Part shown: piece by piece, positions 49,798 to 61,184 of the stretch
Position numbering within the stretch: the stretch's first letter is position 1
Layout: each line of letters begins with the position of its first letter
Source: Bugula neritina
Lineage: Eukaryota > Animalia > Bryozoa
NCBI GenBank assembly: GCA_964035545.1
Contig: OZ037770.1
Coordinates: forward strand, 4,000,662 to 4,064,661
Length of the DNA: 64,000 nt
Reading direction: 5' to 3'
Program-made: the position numbers and the translations under genes
The notes under the pieces: generated by a model
Database searches by the model: none
Told to the model about the DNA's origin: nothing
Seen by the model: only the letters and a program-made list of their open reading frames with translations

Positions 49798-52633
49798 TAC
49801 AAAGTAAGTTGAGTCACCTGTTGGTGTTGATTGTGATTTAATAAGTCACCAATTTTGGATTTTAATCTGAACTTAAAAAATTACAACTCACATTGCAGCG
49901 CATATTTTTACAACTCCAACCATGTGCAATAACAATAGTTGGTGCAATAGAATTTAACTAGCATAAAATTATTATTGCATTAATTTGTAAAGAGTTACTT
50001 TTAAATCTGATTCTAAGTGACTATAAGCATCAAGACACATCTCAAACTACTACCTAGCACTCAGTCATAAATTCTAATGCTGATCATATTTACCAAAATG
50101 CTTTGAGACAAAGTTAGTCTCAAGGTATCATGTTATTCAAATATAGTAGCGGATGTATTATAAAAGATAATGATAGTATTGTTATGAAGCTCACTATTAC
50201 TGATCCAGCTAGCTATTATCAATATTAATAATTATACTATCTTTGAAATTATTCCTACGTTCCAAAACCTTATTTTATAGTTGCACTGAAATAAAAAGTC
50301 TAGCAATTTAAATGTTTACACATCATATATGGCTTATTATTTCATAGATGTTTATGATTGGTTAACTTGACAATAACACATTTTAGTAGTTTATACTCGT
50401 AACTCCTATGCTACAGCCCAATAACTAATGACTAAAATTTAATGAAACTAACAAATGAATTTGAATAACTTGTGTAAAATATCTTTGAAGTCAAATTAAG
50501 AATCAACTTGAGGGTTGTAAAGACATCACTCACACTTACTGATGCTTATTTAGTATTCAGTACTACCTCAATGTCACCAACTCTAATATTTTACAGCTCA
50601 CTAGGCTTACTTGTAAATTTATTCATACTCATAGTTACTATGATAGCGTGAGCTTAACTAATGACTAGTTTCACAGTGAACTCAAACATTGACCACAGAC
50701 CAGTAGGCTAATGAACAACTAAATACTAATTCACACTTACTAACTGAGAGTAGCTAAGTGCCTTAGAAACTAGTACGCCTGAGCTTGATGCTAAACCTAG
50801 TAGCTCAAAAAACTATTACTATTAGTATCACTATTTATATTTACTTATTATTTAGATGACTGAATTTAATATGCAACAGCATATATAAATTACAGGGCTG
50901 CAACATAAAATTACCATATTCATGATGATAAAGACTAGAGTCAAACTTAACTTAAGCTTACACCTTAAAAAAAGTAAGAACTCAAAATTATTATCGTTAT
51001 ACTTAATTTTATACCATGCAACGAATAATGAATAGTAATATAATTATAATATTAACAACATTAAGTATTTTAGCCTTAGGCTTTATCACATTTACACAAA
51101 CCACTTATACAAGTTTATAGTTAAACTTCTTACTATTAGTATTATTATAACTAGGCCTATTGGTATTACTTTAGTATAACTATATAGTATATATTAATAT
51201 AGTATAACTTATAGTATAAGTACTACTAATATTAATAGTAATAGTATCAGTATGACTATACTCATTATCAGTATGAGTATCACATTCACTTTCAGTTTTA
51301 CGGTCACCAGCCATCAATCATGACATGATCCTATGAGTATAACTATGAAGTATGAGGATAACCCAAATCTCAGCGTAAATGAAAAATTGAAATACTCATA
51401 CTGGCTCAGTTAAGCTAATACTACTACTACTACTAGTACTAGTAATATTCAGAAAAAATCTAATGGTAACTCACTAATTCAAAATAAACACTTTAACAAG
51501 TTCAAGTCGAAGTTCAAGTTCCAAATGGGAGTTCAAGTTGCAATTGCCAATGGCATTGCCATTGAGTGATTGAACTTAAATTTCATGAATAGTAATTAGT
51601 TTTAATTTAAAAGCAATGTTTTAAACAACATAAGAGTATGGTGCCTTAGAAAATACTAAGTAGGCAATAAAATATGTGAAACTTACATGTTTTTGCTCTA
51701 GACTGCACGTATCAGCATTAATTTTATAACAATGTGTTGAAAAAATTGTTTAAGCAGCAGAAGTCGAGAATGGTAGCAAAATAAAATAGTTCATCAATAA
51801 ATTATAGTCCAAGACATCAGCACTAAGCTGACAACACAGACTGAATAATATGTGAGAAGAAATTACCGGTTGCATTTCTAAAATTATCTAGGATTAACAT
51901 GTGACCATGACATTATTACTTCCGATTTAACGTTGCAAGACTGAGTTCGCAATTACTGCAAACTTAATAATAATTCAGAATAATAATATATCAAAAATTG
52001 GAAAAAAACTCAATGGCAAGCCCATAATCTTTTTCAACGTGATTTTCAACGTCTATAATGGTAAGCTCAGACAAAATAATTGACAATTAACCAAATGCCT
52101 ATCCGAGCTAATATTAATACTAAAACTATTACTTGTGAATTATTTTTATTCATTCATATTCATATTCATATTGAATTTGATATTCATATTAATATTGATA
52201 TAATTTATATTCAATTTTATTCATTATGATTATGATTATAATTACAATTATTGTCACTTTGACTATCAGTATCACTATGATTTTAACTTTACGTGTTTAA
52301 GACTTAGGTTGAGTTTAAGTTTAACTTTTACGTTTATATCAATATGAATATGTTTTTCAGCATGAGTATCACTATCATCATGGCTATGACGTTGAGTTTG
52401 ACTATTGTCATTGTGACAGTCGTTTTCACACATTACTCAGACTCATAGTCATTAGACTAAGACTTAGAGTTAATCATTCCCATTGTCATTTTCTTTTGAC
52501 TTTGAGAACTTGGAGTTAGAGTTAGCAACCTGCTTAGTTTATATTTTATAATCAATATCATTATTAATATTATCATAGTGATAGTAATAGTCATATTCGT
52601 AGAGTTGCCCGATTCATAATCAATATTTCATAT

Positions 52634-52939
52634 TGTTATGTTTTTCAGATTTAGGGTTGATGTGCCACCAAGAGAGTCTATTTATCACTAGAGAAACTGC
52701 ACCGAGTTAAGTCGAGTAGATATCGTTATATTTTAATACAAGAATACATAATAAAATCTAATGTACAACAGTAATGATACGCACGTCTATTTAATTTACA
52801 GCACTATCCTCAACTGAGCTAGTAGCGCGAAGCTGCTACTATTACTCATAAAACAGCCTAGCTAATTGGCTAATACATTGTTCCGGGTCAATACGCAACC
52901 TTGCGTATTGTGTTGCTGGTAGCTCCACGAGCCACCACA
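52634..52939 (-). repeat. 3' LTR (306 bp)
   Basis: Matches 59775-60078. Confidence 0.97.
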
Positions 52940-53208
52940 CTGCCCCCTCCAGCAGAAAGCCCTCTTTCTGATAAAATAAAATTCACATAAAAAAAACGTA
53001 TACTTCGTTGGGGAGAGGGGAAGAGAACAGTATAAAAGTATATACAAAAAAACAACAACTGATAAAATATACAGGTATATATAACGTGCACAATATGTAA
53101 TAAGTAAGAGAAGGTCCTATCTACATGTAGAGTACGTGCCACCATAACGGTAGGGAATGCCACAGAGAGGTAGGGGAAGAGTAGTATGGAGTTGGAGATA
53201 GACTCAAG

Positions 53209-54282
53209 TTAACTGCGGGCCGCACGCTTCATGCGTTTAATAGACTCCTGTAAATATTTGAGTTCACTGGATGCAGCCTGCACCCGTGGGGCCAGTCTGT
53301 ACACTTCTTGCTCCAAGTCGTGTGCTCTAGCTTCTACTTCACGTAGGTTGCGGGCCCAGGGGGACGAGCGAGAGGAAGTCGGCTGTCTGTGTCTTTTCCG
53401 CTCTGAGGATGGAAGGGGAGGAGGGAGTGTATACGCATTTGTGTCTACTCTCTGTAGTACGACACGAGGAAAGGTATGCGGTATGCGTAGAGGACTGTGA
53501 GGTGGAGAGTTAGTAGACTGTGTAGGTTTATCTGCGGCTCCAGAGATGATGGGTCGCGGGGAAGGGAAGTCTTGCTCCAGGCGAGATAGCCGAGCTGAGT
53601 CAGTGATGAGTGGTTTGATGGCGTCGAGAAAGGCAGGATAGGATGATTCGTCTACTTCATAGACATGCCCTTGATAACACTGCATAGTACGTTGGTGCCG
53701 CAGTAGGTAATCACGATTGTAGCTATATTCTCCGCAAGGGCAGAAAGTGATGATGTAGTGTTGCGGCAAGTGTACTTTCAGTCTGCGGTGGGTTGTGAAT
53801 CGCTGCTGGCAGAGGTTGCATTCACGATTACTCTCACCTCCTTGATGGGTCCTAATCTCTCTCTCTGTGGCAGGGGTAATCCAGTTGGAGGTTGCTTCCA
53901 ACTGGGGTGGCAGTTGCCTTGTTGTAGAAGTTGTTGGGGCCGGCTCTGGGTCCCACGCCATCTCTAGAGAAGGCATGCCCGGAGAGACGGGCGCGAGTGT
54001 GTCTACAAAAGTAGAATTATTGTTAGATCGCGGTGGATCTTTACAACATAATTCTAGTGACTGTCGACCGTTGCTAGCCTGAGAGTCACAGCTTTTGGAA
54101 TGCACTCGAGGAACCGATGAATCATGTGTGGACTGACCAAGAACAGTGTCTAGCTCCAGGTCTAACAGACCGTCGGCCATTACAGTGTCTTCATCGTCAT
54201 TCACATGAAACGTGGTTCCCAGTAATTCTGATTCAATCTGCTGAATTAGTTCAGAATTTACTGGCATCGAGCCCGTTTCCAT
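53209..54282 (-). CDS. Retroelement ORF3, 357 aa: low-complexity N-terminus, C2H2-type zinc finger(s), C-terminal coiled coil
   Basis: CNLCQQRFTTHRRLKVHLPQH, then FCPCGEYSYNRDYLLRHQRTMQC; heptad-like LREVEARAHDLEQEVYRL..LKYLQESIKRM. Confidence 0.8.
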   Translation of the reverse strand: METGSMPVNSELIQQIESELLGTTFHVNDDEDTVMADGLLDLELDTVLGQSTHDSSVPRVHSKSCDSQASNGRQSLELCCKDPPRSNNNSTFVDTLAPVSPGMPSLEMAWDPEPAPTTSTTRQLPPQLEATSNWITPATEREIRTHQGGESNRECNLCQQRFTTHRRLKVHLPQHYIITFCPCGEYSYNRDYLLRHQRTMQCYQGHVYEVDESSYPAFLDAIKPLITDSARLSRLEQDFPSPRPIISGAADKPTQSTNSPPHSPLRIPHTFPRVVLQRVDTNAYTLPPPLPSSERKRHRQPTSSRSSPWARNLREVEARAHDLEQEVYRLAPRVQAASSELKYLQESIKRMKRAARS

Positions 54283-57200
54283 GAATAGGAATACAAGACT
54301 CGTACTGGCTTACCTGGGAACTCGGTATTAATGTCCATACTCAACGTTCTTGGTAAGATTGGAGCTGGTTGTGAGATACGTCTGCCTTTGGCGATGTCAG
54401 CGTAAGAAAAGGCTGAGCATCGTTTCTGAGGCACGAGGTCGGAACTATTTGCTTTACGCGCATTAATTCCTCCCACTATTCCGCCCTCGCAAAAGTTGAT
54501 ATTTGCGTGGGGTTCACAACTCCAACATTTTATCGTACGGTTTTCCCCTAGACTTTCATGTGCGCCGCTTCTAATGCAGTCACATACGAAGTCTTTTAAA
54601 TATAGTGGGGGTTTCCTCGTACGCTGTCCCCTTTCTAGGGGGGGTGACACGCTTGCCGGTTCGTTAGTAGGGGCCTCTAATGGCGTCTCTACTTCACCGT
54701 TAGCGGTCACCTCTTCTTGTTCTCCGGATGGAGCCCCTCCCTCCGTGGGGGTTTGCACTTCCGGAACCGGCTCGGTTTCTGGAAGTGATGGAATTAGACT
54801 TGGCGGTGGCGGACACGCTTCTGTTGACAAAAGCTGCCGCTCCTCTCTCACCAAGTTTTCTTCCCGCGGTATGACCACTTCGTATTCAGGTCCATGCCGC
54901 CGTCGCCCGCGCGTCGTTGTCTGCCTCCTGGGCTCTAACAACGGGGGGGCTTCTCCCACTCCGTCGGGGCTAGCCCAATACGGTTTCAAGCGAGACTTAT
55001 TCTGGATAGACACCTGTCCTGAGCGCTCGATCTTGTACGTGTGATTGGGCATAGCCTCGACGACCACGTAGGGGCCTACAAACTTAGGCTTCAGCTTATC
55101 AGCCTGTCCGCGACGCCTACGGTAATTGACCATCCACACCTTATCTCCCGTTTGATAGAGAGGTGGTTCATCGGAATCTTCGTGCCGCACCTTCCACTGC
55201 TGTTGGCGCAGTATATCGTGTGCGGCCTTCATCCATTCCACTAGTTCACTGGCATACTCGTGAACCGACTTGTCTTGCTCTGGAACGTGATAGGTGAGAT
55301 GGTCAGGGACACGAGTCTCTCTCCCGAGCATCAAGAGGTTTGGGGTCTCACCAGTACTGGTGTGTGGGGTGCTGCGGTAGGCACGCATGACTTGCGGCAA
55401 CACCGTATCCCATTCCTCTTGACCTCGTCCAAGGAGGAGACTCCGGAGTGCATCACCCAGCATCCGGTTGTTGCGTTCCACCACCCCGTTACCTTGAGGG
55501 TGGTAGGGGGTGGTCCTGCTCTGATTTACTCCCCAGAAGTGGCAAAGGTCGCTCATCAGTTAAGACTGGAATTGAGCGCTTTGATCAGAGTGTATCTGTT
55601 CGGGAAGCCCAAAATAACAGAATACATGTTGGTCTAGTGTCCTGGCCACTGTTGGGGCTGATGCATCTGGGATAGCCAGAGCATCCGCCCACCGAGTAAA
55701 GTGGTCGGTTAGTACTAGGATCCAATTATTGCCTCTGGGGGTCAGGGGCATGGGTCCGACCAGGTCTACAGCGACTACTTGCCAGGGCCTACCAGCATAT
55801 AGCCTCCGCCTTCCTGCTTCACCAGGGGGGCGGCTATGCTTACTGGCCTGGCAGATATCACACTGTTTGACTCTGAGCCGGACGTCACGCTCTATTTGTG
55901 GCCAATACCACCGGAGTCGTAATTTGGATATCACTCTCTTGACCCCTGCGTGGGCCTGTTTGTGAGTATCCCAAATCAACTCACGGCGGATGGCCGTGGG
56001 GCAAACTACCCTCTTCCTTTCCGGGTGTCTGCCGCTGGCAGCTAGGGAGATGGTGAGTAACCCATCCTGCCCGATCCGCAGCGAGTCCCAACGCTGACAG
56101 TATAGCCGGAACTCGGCGCATCCCTGTCGTATGCGTTCTTCGCTGGGTCGTCGCCCTTCCCTTTTGGCCCGGTATATGTCTGCCACGACTCCAGGCAGCT
56201 CTTCTTGGAGCTTCTTCAGCTCTCGAACATTACCGGCCAGTACAGGGTTGGCGCGTAGGTTTTGTACATCCTCCGGGGACTCATTAACTCTTTGCCTGAG
56301 TTGACCTTGGTCCCAGTCAAACGGTGCTCCGTGATGAGCCAACGTCTCCAACTCGCATCGCGGGGGACCTCCATCCCTCCTCTCGATGTGGAGACACTGT
56401 TTGCAACCTCCGTCAGGTCGGCGACTCAACCCATCCGCATTGCTGTGTCTCTTGCCCGGTCGATGTTCGATCCGGTATGAGAATTCAGCTAGGATTTCGA
56501 GCCACCGGGCGACCTGACTAGAGGGCTCTGCTCTCTTGCACAACCAGATCAGCGAGGCATGATCCGTACGCAGCCGGAACTTCCTGCCGTATAGGTATGG
56601 TCTGAAGTGCTTCACTGACTTGATTACTGCCAGCAGCTCCTTGCGGGTAGTGCAGTAATTTCGTTCAGCGGGTGAGAGAGACTTGCTGTAGTAGGCTACT
56701 ACTACCTCTCGGCCTTCCTCCACTTGTGACAGCACAGCGCCAACATTTTGGTCACTGGCGTCCGTGTCGAGGATGTACTCCAGAGTGGGGTCTGGGTAGG
56801 CCAAGATGGGCGCCGTTAGTAGGCAGCCCTTGAGGCGGTCGAACGCTTCCTGTTCGACTGGGGTCCACTGCCACGTCACTCCCTTTGCGGTGAGCCGGTT
56901 TAACGGCTGGGCTATGCCCGCAAAGTCCGGTATGTATTGCCTGTAATACCCTACCAGCCCCAAGAAAGCCCGGAGTCCGGTCAAGTCTTGGGGGGTGACC
57001 CAGTCTTCTACTGCCCGTACCTTTTCGGGATCCGTTGCCACGCCGTTTCGACCGACAACGTGCCCCAGGTACTTGACCTCCGGCTGCAATAGAGCGCACT
57101 TGGAAGGCTTGAGCTTAAGACCGGCACCTCGGAGTCTCTCGAAAACCTCCTGCAGACGACTGACATGTGTCTCGAAGTCTGGAGAGATTACGATGACATC

Positions 57201-58920
57201 ATCGAGGTAGACCAGCAGTGTCTTCCAATGGAGTCCGCTAAGGACTTGTTCCATCAGCCTCTGGAAGGTGGCTGGGGCGGAGGTTAACCCGAAGGGCAGC
57301 ACCTTCCACTTCCACAAACCGTCCCGTGTGATAAACGCCGCTTTCTCTTGGGCGTCGGGACTCAGAGGAACCTGCCAATAGCCGCTTAGCAAGCCTAACG
57401 TACTGAAGTACTTGCTACCGGCTAGGGCGTCCAATGACTCGTCAATACGAGGTAGAGGGTAGGCGTCCTGTATGGTTACGCTATTGAGTTTGCGGTAATC
57501 CACACAGAACCGCCAACTGCCGTCTTTCTTCCGGACCAGTACGACTGGCGAGCTCCACGCACTATGGGCGGGCTCTATCAGTCCCCGGTCCAGAAGATCC
57601 CGTACTTGTCGGCTAACCTCCTTCTCTTTCTCCGGCCCCAGCCTGCGTGTGGGCTGCCGGACAGGGACTGTCCCTGCAGTCAGCGGTATTTCATGTCCGA
57701 CAATTCCAGTCAGTCCCACGTCATGCTCCCCGCTGCTGAACACATCACCGTAGTCGCGTAGTAACTTAGCCATAGCTTGGCGTTCTCTGTTACTCGCGCA
57801 GCCGCCACTGGCTGTTTCGTATAACTCCCGGAGATGTGTTGGGACTGCCCCTCGTCCCTGAATAGGGTGTCGAGGGGGTGCCTCCGTCGCGTCACCCAGC
57901 GACGGGCCCACGTCCTCTTCCTGGACGGAGTGGAACCGGCCCAGCATTGACCCAGCTGGGAGCTCAATGGGCTCGGTAAAGGGGTTGACACACTGCACTA
58001 AGACCTCCCCTCGCTCAGATAGTCGGTTTAAACTACTGGCGAGTTGGATCCTTTCGTGCGCGCCTTCAACGACCCCGAGCCTGGCTATCCGGTTGCTGTT
58101 TACTCGGCAGTGGATAGTAGCTCTGGAGCGTCCGGGTACGGTGCAGTTTCGAACTACCTGAACACCGCCCACCAGAGGACGCCCAAACTTATCCACACAG
58201 GCGAGTTCTCGCCCGCCCATCAGCACCACCGACTTACTAAAGTCTATTCGGCACTGGTGTTGCTTCAAGAAGGGCATTCCGAGGATAGCATCTTCCTCCA
58301 GTTGACCTATGATAAAGGTCTCCTGTACAGCCTGATCTCGGACACGCCCAGGGAGCTCGATAATACCATAAAAGGGAATACATGACCCGTCTGCCAGGGT
58401 GCCATGTTCCCCAGTATACGGTCGTACTCTATCCCTGTCCCGGCGGGGCAGTGCCTCAAAGACTCTACGACTGAGAAGGTTGGTAGTACAACCGGAGTCG
58501 AGCAGGAAAGTGACGGCGTTGCCGGCCACCTTTCCGGGTAGGAAATAGCTCTCTCCATGTGGTTGTACTTTCACCCCCCCCTGCATGTGCTGTCCTGGGT
58601 TGACAGGACGGCGGGGGTTTCACCCGTGGTTTACGGGGCTTCCGGCGGCGAGGTTGGTGCCGGCGGGGTTTGGGCCTCTCCACTGGGCCTTCTGGCTCCA
58701 TTTCAGTGGCGGGCTCCTCTTCCCGAGGTAACCAATGAAACCGGTTAGCGAGTGGCAGGGAGAAGGTACTTGGCCATTGTGCGGGCCTACTAGTCCTACG
58801 TGGTACCTGCCACTCGGGTGGAGTGTTCCGTCGTGTCCGTACGGACAGACGACGGCGTGTTCCACCATACTCCTTCAGTTGCGGCCCGCGGGGAGGGAGA
58901 GTGTCCGCGGGCCGTGACAG
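54258..58920 (-). pseudogene. pol: pol (PR-RT-RNaseH-IN) with disabling lesions
   Basis: FLLDSG, YLDD, DTDAS, HHCC, VAVDL..HSD..VERNN. G8 frameshift at 58574-58581, RT TLGL instead of TLDL at 57393-57395, TAA at 55560-55562. Confidence 0.92.
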
Positions 58921-59741
58921 TTTAACGCCCCTTGGTATTGGGGTCGTCCTTTCTGTCCCTGGTCCTGCTCAGCGCTACTCCAGCCCTGCCCCACAGGCGT
59001 TGGGGGCACCCGCAGGGCCTGACCGGGGCCAGCACCGGCCAGAATGGTTACCAGTTGTCCCAGCATCTCTACCATACGGTCCACTTCGGCTTCCAGCGGG
59101 AGGGCTTCGGGACCTGTCGTAGCCCTGGCAGCGCTGACTCCAACTACTGGTGGGTTCCGTTGTGCTCGATGCATTTGGGTAGCCAACAGGTAAGCTTCTC
59201 CAGCCTTCAGGGCATCCTCTATTCTGGTTATCCCTTTAGCTCGTAGTTGATGGTGTAGGCCCAGGTCGTTTAGTGACTGGACAAAGGCGTCATAGGTGTA
59301 ACGCTCTTGGTGTTGTGCTGGCAGATCGCTATATGCAATCTGCGCCAGCTTCTTCACCGTCGCGGCATGTACTTGCAGCGAGGTCCGCGGGTTGCGGCAC
59401 AATCTCTCTAGCTTGGTCCTAGCGTCTATTGTGGAGATGCCAAAACGGGCCCGCAGCGCAGCCAGTATCCCGTCTACGTCCGTTCCCACTCCGTACGGCT
59501 TGGCTTGCTCCGTCACCGCTCTCCGCAATTGGATAAGGGCCACTCTATGCGGCCATTGAGCAACCTCCATTACCTCTCTAAATTCTTGTATAAATTGTTC
59601 GACATCTTCCGACCCAGTAAAGGTGGGAGCTTTCAAGTAATGTCTATAAGCTTCTTCTCCCTCACGATTCACAGGATTAACAGCATTTCTACGCTCACCT
59701 TCTACTGGGGGTGGTTGCATTCTAGCATTTTCAGTCTCCAT
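58875..59741 (-). CDS. gag: gag, 288 aa
   Basis: First ORF after the PBS; homologous to the other Gag fragments in this window. Confidence 0.9.
   Translation of the reverse strand: METENARMQPPPVEGERRNAVNPVNREGEEAYRHYLKAPTFTGSEDVEQFIQEFREVMEVAQWPHRVALIQLRRAVTEQAKPYGVGTDVDGILAALRARFGISTIDARTKLERLCRNPRTSLQVHAATVKKLAQIAYSDLPAQHQERYTYDAFVQSLNDLGLHHQLRAKGITRIEDALKAGEAYLLATQMHRAQRNPPVVGVSAARATTGPEALPLEAEVDRMVEMLGQLVTILAGAGPGQALRVPPTPVGQGWSSAEQDQGQKGRPQYQGALNCHGPRTLSLPAGRN
58882..58926 (-). promoter_or_regulatory. Putative -1 ribosomal frameshift signal (G_UUA_AAC plus 10-bp GC stem-loop)
   Basis: Minus strand GTTAAAC-tgtca-CGGCCCGCGG-13 nt-CCGCGGGCCG; the -1 frame stays open towards the protease. 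Confidence 0.75.
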
Positions 59742-59755
59742 CTTTGATGTACACT

Positions 59756-59773
59756 ATCCCACCGCTGCCACCA
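59756..59773 (-). promoter_or_regulatory. Primer-binding site, tRNA-Leu
   Basis: TGGTGGCAGCGGTGGGAT one base inside the 5' LTR; complementary to the ATCCCACCGCTGCCA-CCA 3' end of tRNA-Leu(AAG) as I recall it. Confidence 0.85.
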
Positions 59774-59774
59774 C

Positions 59775-60078
59775 TGTTATGTTTTTCAGATTTAGGGTTG
59801 ATGTGCCACCAAGAGAGTCTATTTATCACTAGAGAAACTGCACCGAGTTAAGTCGAGTAGATATCGTTATATTTTAATACAAGAATACATAATAAAATCT
59901 AATGTACAACAGTAATGATACGCACGTCTATTTAATTTACAGCACTATCCTCAACTGAGCTAGTAGCGCGAAGCTGCTACTATTACTCATAAAACAGCCT
60001 AGCTAATTGGCTAATACATTGTTCCGGGTCAATACGCAACCTTGCTATTGTTTGCTGGTAGCTCCACGAGCCACCACA
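59775..60078 (-). repeat. 5' LTR (304 bp)
   Basis: Matches 52634-52939; abuts the PBS. Confidence 0.97.
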
Positions 60079-60521
60079 ATATTCATATTGGTTATCATAA
60101 TTATAGTGAATTTAAATAATAAATAATAATATTATTATAATGACTATAATACAACTAAGCAATAATAATTTCAGTTTGACGATTGTAATAGATATATATT
60201 AAAATTATATATGATATAAAATTAAACTTTGATCATATTATCAAATTATTACTTTTAGTTGTCATTGTGTACTAAGGGCAAAAACACACCATCTGTTTTT
60301 TTCTTCCCACCTCTAAAACTGCAGCTTGGTTTCACTTTTTCCTAAAGTTAATCAAAATGAGTATTAATAATGACTATAGTAATACTAATACTAATCCTAA
60401 TCCTAATACCATATATGGTCAGCGCAGTAAATAAAAGCAATATACGGTTGATGTCATAGTATTATCACTGCCCAGGCTTGGTAAGCTTAAAATCGTGATG
60501 GCAAACCTTTCAAGAAAGAAG

Positions 60522-60670
<149 letters not shown>

Positions 60671-61184
60671 GCTTAAACATTTTATTATTTTGTATTTTAG
60701 CTATTTACATTTACTCAAACATCATTTTACTCATATGATCTTTTTAGCATGGTAGGCTACTGCAACTTTTCTCTGTCAGATGGTGTTGATACAATAAAGT
60801 TTTCTATTATTTTATCAAATTGAGCATTTGTAACTCAGTTGATTTAGCTGCCCTGTCATTTTTAAATAAAAACAGTTTTTATGCTCAAACGTGAACATTA
60901 TTAATGTCAAAATATGAAAATCATGGTGCAAGGCCTAGTGGTCTCTTAAAAATACTAAATAAATTTTGAGCTTTCAACTGGAAAAGTTATGCCTTTTTTT
61001 ATTAAAAATGAAAGGCTTTGTTATTTAATCATATCAAATCTCTGGTACACAATATGCTATACTCAGTAGTTAGTAGTATTCCTAATATATATATTATATA
61101 TCTCTCTATATGTATTTATATATATTATCTGTTAATTACCCATATGTTTTAGTTTGATATCGGCTCTTTCACAAATCAGTAACC

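Larger units (their letters stand above)
52634..60078 (-). mobile_element. Structurally complete Ty3/Gypsy LTR retrotransposon (gag, pol, ORF3)
   Basis: LTRs 52634-52939 and 59775-60078 (TG...CA, two 1-bp indels apart); ATAT TSD at 52630-52633 and 60079-60082; PBS; PPT-like GGAGGGGGCAG; PR-RT-RH-IN order. Confidence 0.97.

Noticed and set aside
53209-54282. ORF3 as a retroviral env
   Set aside because: No signal peptide or TM anchor; it has zinc-finger motifs instead.
58620-58877. Double TGA read-through joining gag to pol in one frame
   Set aside because: A -1 frameshift plus a one-base G-run insertion is simpler and has a clear signal.
54496-59747. Plus-strand ORFs inside the Gypsy element
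   Set aside because: Antisense shadows of GC-rich gag/pol with no recognisable motifs.
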